The notes beneath the pieces were generated by a model. The model was not told where the DNA came from. It ran no database searches and saw only the letters and a program-made list of their open reading frames with translations. A DNA stretch of 54,536 nt from Spirochaetales bacterium (GTDB lineage Bacteria; Spirochaetota; Spirochaetia; PWKH01): positions 1 through 54,536 of the forward strand of contig JAIPFQ010000001.1 of NCBI GenBank assembly GCA_021736605.1, written 5' to 3'. Positions 16,886 to 27,198 of the stretch are shown one piece after another; position 1 is the stretch's first letter; every line of letters starts with the position of its first letter. Both the position numbers and the translations under genes were made by a program.

Positions 16886-18001
16886 ATGAAGCAGGCGCAA
16901 AATACAGAAAAACAATTCTCTGCAGCTGATTTTTTCGGAAAATCAATTTCTTATATGGTTTTTATCAGCTGGGTGCTTATTACCCTGCTGCCGCTTTTCT
17001 GGCTTGGCTACTCCTCTTTTAAGTCAAATGAAGAGCTGACACGAGATATATTTGCTTTTCCGCATGACCTCTTTGATAACTATGATGATGAATACCTGGT
17101 GATTGCTCCTCAGTTAAATGTCATTCCTGATTATGATACTGAAAAAGATCTTCGGGAACGTTTGATCATCGAATCAAAAACAATTGCACCAGGGCGCAGG
17201 CTGATGATACATTTTTTAGTAAAAGAAGATCTTCCTTCTGAAATAGCATCATTGAAGCCGGGTGATACCCTTACCCTTTCACAGCTTCCGAATAAAATGC
17301 GACGCAGGATAAGCTGGAAAACCATCTGGTTTAACTATTCATCCGCTTTTCAACGAGGCGGACTTGGGTTGAAATTTATCAACAGTATACTCTATACTAC
17401 AGTTTCAACCTTTTTTATAATCTTCCTGGGCTTAATGGCAGCTTTTGGATTCAGTAAGATGACTTTTAAAAAACTTTCAGCTGTTTTATTATCGCTGATC
17501 GGTTTCGGCTATCTTATAAGCCAGCACCAGGTGATTATCCCTCTGTTTCTTATGTATTCATCCGTGAATCTGACAGATACCCACATTGGAATTATTATTG
17601 CTTATATTGCCTTCGGATTGCCGATATCGGTTCTGCTCACGACACAGTTTATGCGAGGACTGCCAAGCAGCTTAATTGAATCAGCAAAAATTGACGGGGC
17701 AAGTACTTTTCGAAGTTTTATCAGTATAATAATGCCGATGTGCAAACCAGTTATGGTCACAGTCGGTATCATTAGCGCATTGGGAATTTGGAATGAGTTT
17801 CTGATGGTACTGGTTCTAGCCAGCACGAATGCAACAAAATCTTTACCAGTCGGGGTATACTCTTTCTCAAGCTTGACCGGTACTCAGCTTGGCTGGCAGC
17901 TGGCTGCTCTAGTGATTGCTACAGCACCAACTATGGTTGTATATTTTTCATTTCAGCGTCAACTCACCAAAGGTGTAGTCGGCGGAGCAGTTAAAGGATA
18001 A
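16886..18001 (+). CDS. Carbohydrate ABC transporter permease (MalG/UgpE-like) with enlarged first periplasmic loop
   Basis: ORF 16871..18001 trimmed to ATG 16886, which lies 1 nt after the upstream stop with a GAGGAAG RBS. The EAA loop is ESAKIDGASTFRSFISIIMPMCKP. About 85 extra residues sit between TM1 and TM2. Confidence 0.8.
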   Translation: MKQAQNTEKQFSAADFFGKSISYMVFISWVLITLLPLFWLGYSSFKSNEELTRDIFAFPHDLFDNYDDEYLVIAPQLNVIPDYDTEKDLRERLIIESKTIAPGRRLMIHFLVKEDLPSEIASLKPGDTLTLSQLPNKMRRRISWKTIWFNYSSAFQRGGLGLKFINSILYTTVSTFFIIFLGLMAAFGFSKMTFKKLSAVLLSLIGFGYLISQHQVIIPLFLMYSSVNLTDTHIGIIIAYIAFGLPISVLLTTQFMRGLPSSLIESAKIDGASTFRSFISIIMPMCKPVMVTVGIISALGIWNEFLMVLVLASTNATKSLPVGVYSFSSLTGTQLGWQLAALVIATAPTMVVYFSFQRQLTKGVVGGAVKG

Positions 18002-18005
18002 AGAC

Positions 18006-19748
18006 ATGCAGATACTTATTAATCAAATTGGCTATGAAACCGATAAAATGAAGTTTGCCCTGCTGATGCGTGAAGAACATGAAAATATAGCTTCTCCAGC
18101 ACAAATATCTTTAATATATGAGGGAGAAGAAAAGATTATTCAAAGCTTGGGGCCTGGTATCTCAGTTGCGGGATGGAAAGGCCGAATATTTCATAAGATT
18201 GATTTTTCCAGTCAGAAAAAGAGGGGAAGCTATTTCTTACAGTACTCTGATGGCAGAAAAACAGTTCAGAGCAATCAGTTCATTATAGATACGGGCTTAA
18301 TTGCAGAGACTTGCTTATCAGATATACTATTTTATTTTAAATCCCAGCGTGCTTCAGGGCGCTGGGATACAACTGACTGTTCAGCTCCGTTTTACGGAAA
18401 AAGGAAGGACAGAGTAGATGTGCATGGAGGTTGGTATGATGCCTCAGGAGACTATAGTAAGTATCTTTCCCACCTTTCCTACGCTGATTATTTGAATCCT
18501 CAGCAAACACCGCTGGTGACTTGGGCTTTATTTAAATTACAGGAAACCCTTGCTGCCAGTACCCGATACGGGGGAACGCTTTTAGAAGAGAGAGCTTTAG
18601 AAGAAGGACTTCACGGTGCAGATTTCCTCATGCGCATGCAGGATCCGAAAGGGTATTTTTACGTCACAGTTTTCGATCAGTGGAGTAAAGAAAATGAAAA
18701 GAGAATGATTTCAGCCTTCAGCGGACAGGAGGGCAGGCGTTCAGAAAATTACCAGGCTGGATTTCGTGAAGGAGCAGGAATGGCTATTGCCGCCTTGGCA
18801 AGAGCCAGTCGCAGTAAACCTTCAGCAGGCTATTTGGAAGCAGCAGTAAAAGGATGGGATCATTTAGAGACCAATAAAACAGAATATCTGCATAATGGAA
18901 GAGAGAACATTATTGATATGTATTGCGCTCTCATAGCTGCAGTTGAACTCTATCTGTCTACCGATGAAGAACGCTTTGCAGAAGCCGCGCGGGAACGGGC
19001 ATCCAGGCTTCATGATGTATACAACTATAACGCTGGTTACTGGCTTGTAGAGGAAAACTCTGATCGACCATTTTTTCATGCAGCAGAAGCAGGGATGCCC
19101 ATTATTGCTCTTCTGGAGTACTTGGAAATTGATGCCGATCACGATGATGACAGAAATACCAGCAATGCGAAAAGTATACAATTACAAACACGAGAATTAG
19201 TCATCCATGCGGTAAAGGATTTACTTTCAATTTCCCAATCCCGCAGTTCCTCCATGAATCCCTTCTTACTGGTCCGCCAATGGGTTAAACCAGTTGATGG
19301 TAATGTGAAGATCTCCTTTTTTATGCCCCACGAGAATGAAACTGGGTATTGGTGGCAGGGTGAAAACGCTCGTTTGGCATCACTCTCATATGCTTTGCGT
19401 CGATCAAAGTCTTTGTTTAATGAAGATCAGGATCAAGTAAATTCGATTATTGATGAATTTTCTGATGCCCAGCTTCACTGGATTCTCGGAATGAATCCAT
19501 TTGATATGTGCATGCTTCAGGGGCATGGAAAAAACAACCCGCGATATGAAGATCACTATCCGAATGCTCCCGGGGGAATCTGCAATGGAATAACTGCCGG
19601 TTATGAAAATGAAGAAGATATTGATTTTCTTCCTGAAATTGTTGAAGGCAGGGGCGATCACCGATGGCGTTGGAGTGAACAATGGATACCCCATGCAGCT
19701 TGGTTTTTATTAGCCGTATCAGCGGATGCAGAAAATTGGAAGTCATAA
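18006..19748 (+). CDS. Glycoside hydrolase family 9-like protein, cytoplasmic (no signal peptide)
   Basis: 580 aa. The N-terminal Ig-like lead-in is INQIGYETDKMKFALL. The GH9-type block DVHGGWYDASGDYSKY is present, and size fits an (alpha/alpha)6 fold. No signal peptide. Confidence 0.7.
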   Translation: MQILINQIGYETDKMKFALLMREEHENIASPAQISLIYEGEEKIIQSLGPGISVAGWKGRIFHKIDFSSQKKRGSYFLQYSDGRKTVQSNQFIIDTGLIAETCLSDILFYFKSQRASGRWDTTDCSAPFYGKRKDRVDVHGGWYDASGDYSKYLSHLSYADYLNPQQTPLVTWALFKLQETLAASTRYGGTLLEERALEEGLHGADFLMRMQDPKGYFYVTVFDQWSKENEKRMISAFSGQEGRRSENYQAGFREGAGMAIAALARASRSKPSAGYLEAAVKGWDHLETNKTEYLHNGRENIIDMYCALIAAVELYLSTDEERFAEAARERASRLHDVYNYNAGYWLVEENSDRPFFHAAEAGMPIIALLEYLEIDADHDDDRNTSNAKSIQLQTRELVIHAVKDLLSISQSRSSSMNPFLLVRQWVKPVDGNVKISFFMPHENETGYWWQGENARLASLSYALRRSKSLFNEDQDQVNSIIDEFSDAQLHWILGMNPFDMCMLQGHGKNNPRYEDHYPNAPGGICNGITAGYENEEDIDFLPEIVEGRGDHRWRWSEQWIPHAAWFLLAVSADAENWKS

Positions 19749-19751
19749 TAA

Positions 19752-21572
19752 ATGAATAGAGTAATACTTGTACCCCAACCGAAAATCTATAATTCTCAAA
19801 AAGGTATTCTGCATATTGGTGAAGAGACAAAAAATCAGATCTTCAGGTATCTACTGGGAAATATAACTCCGGAAATAATTTCTTATGCATACATCAAGCC
19901 TGAAGAGGCAAAACATGGAGCTGAATGGTACCGTTTGGAGATTACAGAATCTCAAATACATATAATCAGCATTACTGAAAAAGGGATCTTTTACGGAATG
20001 CAGACTTTGAAACAGATTATCCGCCAGTTTGGCGGTTCTGGAATCCCATGTACCGTTATCGAAGACTGGCCGGATTTCGCGACAAGAGGAGTTTTATATG
20101 ATATAAGTCGGGACCGTGTCCCAACTTTGAACTGTCTGAAAAAGCTTATTAACTGGTGGTCTGAATGGAAATACAACCAAGTGCAGCTCTATATGGAGCA
20201 CACCTTTGCATATTCCCAGCATGAAACCGTCTGGAAGGAAGCTTCTCCTTTGTCTGCCGATGATGTTAAGTATCTTTCATCATACTGCAAGGCCCGTGGA
20301 ATAGATTTACTTCCTAATCAGAATTCATTCGGTCATATGGAACGCTGGCTTCAGCATGATGAGTATGCAAGTCTAGCAGAATCGCCGAACGGCTTTTATG
20401 ATCCCTGGGGAGAATTCAGAAAACACTCTTCAACCCTTTCCCCTGCGGTCAAAGAAGCAATTCCATTCTTAAGTGCGCTGTACGATGAACTTCTGCCGAA
20501 TTTTGAGTCTGACTATATAAATATTGGGGGTGATGAACCCTGGGAACTAGGGAAGGGGCGCAGCAAAGCATTATGTGACAAGCAGGGATTGGATCGGGTA
20601 TACATGAAATTTCTCCTTGAAATCTATAAGCTGGTAAAATTAAAGGGGAAAAAAATACAGATATATGGTGATATAATCATGAAATATCCCCATTTGGTGA
20701 AAGAACTGCCGAAGGATGTGATCCTTGTAAATTGGGGATATGAGAAGTACCATCCGTTTAAGGAAGAATGTCGAAAAATTTCAAATGCGAATATCCCTTT
20801 TTATGTATGTACAGGTAATTCAGCTTGGAATTCTTTAGGAGGGCGCTGGAATAATACCAGAGAAAACATCATCAATGGAGCTGTACAGGGTTATAAGTTT
20901 GGTGCAGAAGGCTTTTTAGTCAGTGAATGGGGTGATAACGGTCACTGGCAGCAGATAACAGCAGGAATACCTGGTTTTATCCTAGGCGGCTGTGCTGCAT
21001 GGAACCTTGAGGCTGCTCGAAATTTTGATATTGAAAGTATTTTAGCTGTACATGTTTTTAATGGAGATGTAAATCAGGTGCAGGCGTTAATGAATTTGCA
21101 GCATGTATGGGAACAATCAGGCACTCATCTTCATAATATGTCGCTGCCGGCTGCGCTGCTCTTAGACCCTTCTTATCCTTATTACCGCAGTGAGTTTGAA
21201 AAGTTTCGTGCTTATGATTTTCTTAATGAAACTGCTCTCATAGATCAGGCTCTTGATTTACTGACAGATTCTGAAGGAGCTGATGTTAATGATTTTTCTC
21301 AGGAATTACGTTTTACAGCATTATTATTGAGACATGGCTGCATTTTAGGAAAAAAACAGCTTTTAACAGAGCATATTAAAATTGAAGAAATACCAGCTGA
21401 AGGTATAAATGAATTACTGTCTGATTTAGAGCCCCTCATTGAAGAATATAGCCGTTTATGGCTAAAGCATTCCCGCCCAGGCGGGCTCAAAGACAGTGTT
21501 TCCCGGCTTGAAAAACTTAAACAAAAGTATAAAACCATTTCGGCTGTTAATAATAAGGAGATTAATCCTTAA
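19752..21572 (+). CDS. Glycoside hydrolase family 20-like beta-N-acetylhexosaminidase, cytoplasmic
   Basis: 606 aa. The GH20b-like segment is GIFYGMQTLKQII. The catalytic-domain entry is IEDWPDFATRGVLYDISRD, and the D-E pair context is INIGGDEPWELG. No signal peptide. Confidence 0.65.
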   Translation: MNRVILVPQPKIYNSQKGILHIGEETKNQIFRYLLGNITPEIISYAYIKPEEAKHGAEWYRLEITESQIHIISITEKGIFYGMQTLKQIIRQFGGSGIPCTVIEDWPDFATRGVLYDISRDRVPTLNCLKKLINWWSEWKYNQVQLYMEHTFAYSQHETVWKEASPLSADDVKYLSSYCKARGIDLLPNQNSFGHMERWLQHDEYASLAESPNGFYDPWGEFRKHSSTLSPAVKEAIPFLSALYDELLPNFESDYINIGGDEPWELGKGRSKALCDKQGLDRVYMKFLLEIYKLVKLKGKKIQIYGDIIMKYPHLVKELPKDVILVNWGYEKYHPFKEECRKISNANIPFYVCTGNSAWNSLGGRWNNTRENIINGAVQGYKFGAEGFLVSEWGDNGHWQQITAGIPGFILGGCAAWNLEAARNFDIESILAVHVFNGDVNQVQALMNLQHVWEQSGTHLHNMSLPAALLLDPSYPYYRSEFEKFRAYDFLNETALIDQALDLLTDSEGADVNDFSQELRFTALLLRHGCILGKKQLLTEHIKIEEIPAEGINELLSDLEPLIEEYSRLWLKHSRPGGLKDSVSRLEKLKQKYKTISAVNNKEINP

Positions 21573-21769
21573 ATTAATTTACAAATCGAGGAAGACGTAT
21601 GGTAAAAGTGGTAAATTCACCGGGTATGCTGTGAGCTGTAATTATTCCATTATATTAACTGCCTGCTTGAAGGCTTTATTCAAAATTCACCTGTGAATAA
21701 ACTCAGAGCAGACAGTATTTCTGCTTAAAGAGAAAACTTAATCAATTCTTTTACAAAATCATTCCGTTT

Positions 21770-23116
21770 TTACTCCGTTTTCGGCGGATGTGCTATAAGT
21801 CCCTTTAGGTGTGGACGTTTCTGCAGGTCCGTTTCAAGACTTTTTGCACGGGCCTTGTTCACATATTCGGCTGACTGAAAGCTGTATTGAAATTTTGTGT
21901 GTATATCATAGCTGCCGTTAACCAGCGCGTAAGTATCTTCAGTCATAACAAGCTCTTCATCTGTTGGTATTACGAAGATTTTGACCGGGGAATTATCAGC
22001 TGATATTTCCAGCTCCGCATTACGACAGGTCGCTTTCTCATTTTTTTCCTGGTCTAGAATGATTCCTAAATGCTCAAGCCCGGAAAGTGCTCCTTTTCTG
22101 ATATGAGGAGCCATTTCGCCCACACCTGCAGTCATCACAACAGCATCCGTTTTTCCAATTGCCGCCACGTACGCACCAATGTATTTTTTTATGCGGTAGC
22201 ACTCCATATCGATGGCAAGCTGACATCGACTGTCACCTTCCGCAGCTGCATCTCGTATGTCTCTACGGTCGCTGAACTTTTCTGTAATACCGAAGACGCC
22301 GCTTTTTTTGTTTAGAGCCTGATCCAGATCTTTTGCTGAAATATTATTTTCAGACATAATATAGGGTCCGATTGCCGGGTCCATATCTCCGCTCCGAGTT
22401 CCCATAATAAGTCCTTCCAGCGGAGTCATACCCATTGAGGTATCATAGCTTACGCCATCCTTTACTGCACATACCGATGCACCATTCCCAATATGAGCGA
22501 TAACCAAGTTTGTCTTCATAGGATCCTTACCGAGAAGAACGGCTGCCCTTTTTGCTGTGTAGACATAGCTGGTACCGTGGAATCCGTACCGTCTTACATT
22601 GTTTTTCTCATACCAGTTGTAGGGGAGAGCATACATATAACTCGATTCCGGCATAGTCTGATGCCAGGCAGTATCCATGACTGCACAGTGAGGTACATCA
22701 GGGAGAACTTGCTTGGCTGCCTTTATCCCGAGAATATTGGCAGGATTGTGGAGAGGAGCTAAATGGATAAGAGATTCAAATTCCTTGAGAATTTCATCAT
22801 CCACAATAACAGATTTTTTAAATTCCTCTCCACCATGGACAATCCGATGTCCCACAGCTTTAATTTCGCTAATATCACTCATGACTCCATATTCACCATC
22901 AAGTATCATGCTCGTAATAATTTCTATAGCCTCTTTATGACTAGGACAGGAAATCTCCTGAGTATATTCCGGTTTCCCCATAGCTTTGTGTTCAATGGTT
23001 GATGTTTTAAGTCCGATTCGTTCTACAACTCCGACGGCAAGAACGTTTTTTTCTGTCCAGTCAAAGACCTGGTATTTTGCAGAGGAACTGCCGCAGTTCA
23101 ATGTGAGAATTAACAT
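21770..23116 (-). CDS. ackA: Acetate (short-chain acyl) kinase with ~49-aa C-terminal extension
   Basis: 448 aa. [36 protein letters not shown] and [10 protein letters not shown] blocks are present. About 49 residues follow the usual C-terminus. Confidence 0.85.
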   Translation of the reverse strand: MLILTLNCGSSSAKYQVFDWTEKNVLAVGVVERIGLKTSTIEHKAMGKPEYTQEISCPSHKEAIEIITSMILDGEYGVMSDISEIKAVGHRIVHGGEEFKKSVIVDDEILKEFESLIHLAPLHNPANILGIKAAKQVLPDVPHCAVMDTAWHQTMPESSYMYALPYNWYEKNNVRRYGFHGTSYVYTAKRAAVLLGKDPMKTNLVIAHIGNGASVCAVKDGVSYDTSMGMTPLEGLIMGTRSGDMDPAIGPYIMSENNISAKDLDQALNKKSGVFGITEKFSDRRDIRDAAAEGDSRCQLAIDMECYRIKKYIGAYVAAIGKTDAVVMTAGVGEMAPHIRKGALSGLEHLGIILDQEKNEKATCRNAELEISADNSPVKIFVIPTDEELVMTEDTYALVNGSYDIHTKFQYSFQSAEYVNKARAKSLETDLQKRPHLKGLIAHPPKTE

Positions 23117-23258
23117 GAAAAGACCTCCGAACCTTTTGGTTAGTTTATTTTAATATATGTTAGGTATATAAAAGAAATTGTTACACGATAGCAGAAAAAA
23201 TTCAATATTTAAGACAAAATAGTCAATCAATAAACCAATTTTTCCATTTATATATAGT

Positions 23259-24758
23259 ATGGAAAAGAAGTTTTTTTATCTAGTATTCATTCTTGCTATT
23301 CACCTTCCTTTATCAGCGTACTCAATACAAACATGCGTAAAAGAGAAATCTATAAGTATAGAATGCACAGAAATTATCTTGAGAAACTATCTGATGGATA
23401 TTTCTTTAACAGCTAACAGAACAGGAGAAAGGAAGATGGAGTTTTTATTGGATTCTAATACTTCCTGGGAGGCCGATTTCGGAGAGCTCAATTTTACAGG
23501 TTTTTTGGATATGTATGAAAATCCCGGCAAGCTGACATCATTTCGGTCCCTGGAGAAAGTTTTTCCTGTGGAAGTTCATCGAACGGAGTTACTTACATCT
23601 TTGGGAGCCTTCTTCGGATATACAGATATTATCCCCGCTCTTGAACTTGATGTATGTTTTTTCGGTGAAACTGTCTATCCTGAAACGGAAAATACGGAAT
23701 TGGCACAATCTGAAACAGTGACGGGTGATACAGGCAGTAAGCCGATTGATAATACTGTTATGGGTGTGATATTTCCCGGCAGTACCTGCAGAAATATCCT
23801 GGGAATTTCTGTAGGGAAGTCCAGCGAAAATCTAAAGTTCTGGTATAGCGCCGCTGTGACAGATCTTCTGCATGAACCGAAATCTGAAGCGTTTCAATTG
23901 AATTCAGTATATGGAAGAAATCCATATGTTTTAGATGAAGCTGTTCCAAACACCTGGTATCAGTCGGTATGGGTTTTCATGAAAGGAGACAGTCAGAAAG
24001 TTTTTTTCGGCTACGGCAGAAAATGGAATCTCTTTGAAAGAGATCAATGGTGGTTTGAAACAAAGGCCTCAGCTGAGAACCAGAACTTTCAAGGAGAATT
24101 CAGTTTTTTTGCCGCACCCTGCGGGACCAAATCAATTATCGGAGTACAGGATGAGAATCTGGCAATTCTCGGAATATGTGCCGACATCTATCCAGCAAAA
24201 GAGTTCACTTTGGGAACTGATTGGAACTATACCGTAACAACTCTCAGTCCATGGAGTAAGGATACAAGTTTACCGGGAAAAATAGACTGGGAAACCTATG
24301 CTGGGTTTAATAATGGGAAAAAGGGAAAGGAATTGGGCATTGAACTGGCATATCAATATCGTTTTTACAGTACCTATGCATCTGGTTCAAAAGGTATAAG
24401 TGGAGAAACCAGTAATAATATGTATCGATCTATCACTTTTGCATTTGATAAACAAATAAAAAAGCTATCCTTGGTTTCTGAAAGTATTTTTTATATCAGC
24501 AGGGATGATGATGCAATATGGGAAAAAATGGAACAAAGTATGGGGGGAGAACTGGTATTTGAGGCTGCAGACTGTTCTATTACAGGCAATCTCGATTTTG
24601 AGTATGAATTTGGTGAAAACGGACTGATTGAATTCAGCACAGAAATAGAATATAAGAAAGAACTGTCTTGGGGAAGTTTTTCCCTGCAGCTGAAAGATTT
24701 AAAGAATTTCAGCTTCCTTTGCAGGATACAAAACATAGATATCAGTAAAAAAAGATGA
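23259..24758 (+). CDS. Hypothetical secreted protein (beta-rich, possible outer-membrane protein)
   Basis: 499 aa. The signal peptide is MEKKFFYLVFILAIHLPLSAYS. The sequence is rich in aromatic residues, Gly and alternating hydrophobics. No family recognised. Confidence 0.5.
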   Translation: MEKKFFYLVFILAIHLPLSAYSIQTCVKEKSISIECTEIILRNYLMDISLTANRTGERKMEFLLDSNTSWEADFGELNFTGFLDMYENPGKLTSFRSLEKVFPVEVHRTELLTSLGAFFGYTDIIPALELDVCFFGETVYPETENTELAQSETVTGDTGSKPIDNTVMGVIFPGSTCRNILGISVGKSSENLKFWYSAAVTDLLHEPKSEAFQLNSVYGRNPYVLDEAVPNTWYQSVWVFMKGDSQKVFFGYGRKWNLFERDQWWFETKASAENQNFQGEFSFFAAPCGTKSIIGVQDENLAILGICADIYPAKEFTLGTDWNYTVTTLSPWSKDTSLPGKIDWETYAGFNNGKKGKELGIELAYQYRFYSTYASGSKGISGETSNNMYRSITFAFDKQIKKLSLVSESIFYISRDDDAIWEKMEQSMGGELVFEAADCSITGNLDFEYEFGENGLIEFSTEIEYKKELSWGSFSLQLKDLKNFSFLCRIQNIDISKKR

Positions 24759-24848
24759 AAAGATAAAAACAGGTGAATCTCATTACACCGTCCTGTACTT
24801 GTCCCCAAATTGCTTAGAATCTGCTCAAATCATGTGATTGAATAGGAT

Positions 24849-26198
24849 TTAAAGATTCAGCAGCAGTCTGGCTGTCTCAAAATAAATCGCGTACCCGCAA
24901 ATATCTATAACAGTAGCCATCAGAGGTGTAGACATAACTGTGGGATCAAAACCCATTTTATTGATAAGGAGCGGAGCAAGAATACCGATAAGATTAGAAA
25001 TTATTACAACAAGCATAAGTGATATGCCTATTACAACTCCTTCGTGAATACCGACACCCGGCGGTAAAAAAATACTTCTCAGAATGATAACAAGTCCGGT
25101 CAAGATACCCATAATCAAGCCGACCACACATTCTCTGGAAAATATTCTGCCGATGGATTTAAATTGAATCTCCCCTGTTGCTAGGCCTCTAATCATCAAA
25201 GTGGAGGATTGGCTTCCGGCATTTCCTCCTGTTTGGGTAATTACAGGCATGAAAATGATAAGAAAGGCTGCACCGATCATCATACTTTCGTAATGATGCA
25301 GTACATTAGCTGATATGGTGCCGAAAAAAAGGAGTATAACAAGCCAGGGTACGCGCTTTTTAACAAGACCTAAAATGTTAGTATCCATATAGGAAGTCGA
25401 TGTACCGCTCATAGCACCCATTTTATAGACATCTTCGGTTTGTTCTTCCCGAATAACATCAATAACATCATCAAAAGTTACGATACCAATAAGGATATGG
25501 TCATGATCCACAACCGGAACAGCTGCAAGATCGTTTGTTTCGATCGTTCTCGCTACATCCTCCTGATCTGTATCATCATATACAAAGATTGATTTGCTTT
25601 CCATAATGGAGTTTATGATAGTATCATCCGGTGCGGAAAGAAGGTCCTTCATCGGGATAGTTCCAAGGAATCGCTTCAGCTTATCAATTACATAAATATT
25701 AAAAACATATTCAACCTTATCGGCATTCGCACGAATAAATTGAACGGCTTGACCGACGGTGATATCGCCTTGAACAGCAAGATATCTCGGAGTCATTAAA
25801 CCGGCAGCATCATCTTCATCAAAACGAAGAAGAAAGATCATTTCTCTTTTTGCTTCGCTGCTCAAATTCACCCAGACAGAATCTCTTACCTCTTTGCTGA
25901 CAGTCTGTATAATATCAACAATGTCATCAGGTTCCATCAAGTGAAAAAGCTGTTTCTTATTCTGCTGAGATATATTGCTGAGTATGGTTTCCTGATCCTG
26001 ATACGGCAGTTCCAAGAGAAGGTCAATTTTTAAATCGTAGGGCAGATCAGCAAAAAGGTGGAGGGCTTCATCATCTTCAAGCTTACGCCACTCTTCAATC
26101 ATCTCTTCCAAGGGTATGTTATAAAAAAATTCTTCCTGCTCCTCTTTCGTCATTTCACTTCTGTAAGCTAGAAAATGTTCCAGTTTTGTCATAAGCAA
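24849..26198 (-). CDS. mgtE: Magnesium transporter MgtE
   Basis: 449 aa. It has an MgtE N-domain, tandem CBS domains (LMTPRYLAV..., AAVPVVD...) and a C-terminal TM domain with PVITQTGGNAGSQSSTL. Confidence 0.9.
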   Translation of the reverse strand: MLMTKLEHFLAYRSEMTKEEQEEFFYNIPLEEMIEEWRKLEDDEALHLFADLPYDLKIDLLLELPYQDQETILSNISQQNKKQLFHLMEPDDIVDIIQTVSKEVRDSVWVNLSSEAKREMIFLLRFDEDDAAGLMTPRYLAVQGDITVGQAVQFIRANADKVEYVFNIYVIDKLKRFLGTIPMKDLLSAPDDTIINSIMESKSIFVYDDTDQEDVARTIETNDLAAVPVVDHDHILIGIVTFDDVIDVIREEQTEDVYKMGAMSGTSTSYMDTNILGLVKKRVPWLVILLFFGTISANVLHHYESMMIGAAFLIIFMPVITQTGGNAGSQSSTLMIRGLATGEIQFKSIGRIFSRECVVGLIMGILTGLVIILRSIFLPPGVGIHEGVVIGISLMLVVIISNLIGILAPLLINKMGFDPTVMSTPLMATVIDICGYAIYFETARLLLNL

Positions 26199-26213
26199 TC
26201 ACCTGCCATTCCC

Positions 26214-27134
26214 TTAGACTTGCCATTCGCCTATGAGGCGAATTTCACGTTCCAATACAATTCCTGTTTCATCTTTAACTTTTTCTTCAATAGTACGGAT
26301 AAGATTAAAAACATCCTCGGCAGCTGCAGAGCCGTTGTTGATAATTATGTTTCCATGTTTTGGAGATATTTCTGCATCACCTGAAGCATAGCCTTTGAGC
26401 TGCAGGCTGTCGATGAGTTCTCCTGCAGTTATTTCCAGATTAACAGGATTCTTAAAAATAGAACCTGCGGAAGGTTTTGAGTAATGCCCGTTAGCAACTC
26501 TTTCACTTCGAACTTTTTCCATTCTTTTTAGGATTGTTGTTGTGTTTTCAGGCTGAAGCCTGAATCCGGCATCGAAGATAATATTACCAGTTCCTGAAAA
26601 AGGAGAGCTTCTGTAAGAAAAGTTAGCGGTATCTTTCCAAAGACGCTTAATTCTTCCTTCAGGAGTAAAATAATCAACCCACTCAATGATAGAACTAATT
26701 TCACTACCGTATGAACCTGCGTTAGATGCAATACATCCGCCCACCGTACCGGGTATACCGGCTAAGTTTTCAAAACCGCTCAGTCCGGCGGAGGATGTCA
26801 TTTTTATAAGTCTATGAATGTTTGCTCCAGCATAAGAAGAGACAAAAACTCCACGCATGGAAATGTCCGCAAAGTTCTTCAAATCAATAACACAGCCTCG
26901 TATACCTTTATCTGATATGAGAATATTAGAGCCGCTTCCGATGATGAAAAGGGGTATATTATTTTCTTTAAGGATGGACAGCATCCCTTCAATGTCTTCA
27001 AATGTTTCCGGGATGTAGTAATAGTCGGCTATCCCGCCAATCCTGAAGCTTGTGTGTTGGGCCATATTCTCGTCAGTGAGCAGTTTTCCACTTATGTTGA
27101 TTTTTTTCATTCTTTCTTTTACATTGATTGTCAC
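26214..27134 (-). CDS. murB: UDP-N-acetylenolpyruvoylglucosamine reductase
   Basis: 306 aa. HTSFRIGG, IIGSGSNIL, GIPGTVGG and SAGSIFKNP blocks are present. The start could be the internal MKKINISG. Confidence 0.88.
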   Translation of the reverse strand: MTINVKERMKKINISGKLLTDENMAQHTSFRIGGIADYYYIPETFEDIEGMLSILKENNIPLFIIGSGSNILISDKGIRGCVIDLKNFADISMRGVFVSSYAGANIHRLIKMTSSAGLSGFENLAGIPGTVGGCIASNAGSYGSEISSIIEWVDYFTPEGRIKRLWKDTANFSYRSSPFSGTGNIIFDAGFRLQPENTTTILKRMEKVRSERVANGHYSKPSAGSIFKNPVNLEITAGELIDSLQLKGYASGDAEISPKHGNIIINNGSAAAEDVFNLIRTIEEKVKDETGIVLEREIRLIGEWQV

Positions 27135-27198
27135 AAGCTATATAATACGGTATTTTGTATATCAGGGCAAACGGATATTTGAAATAATGAGAGGATCT

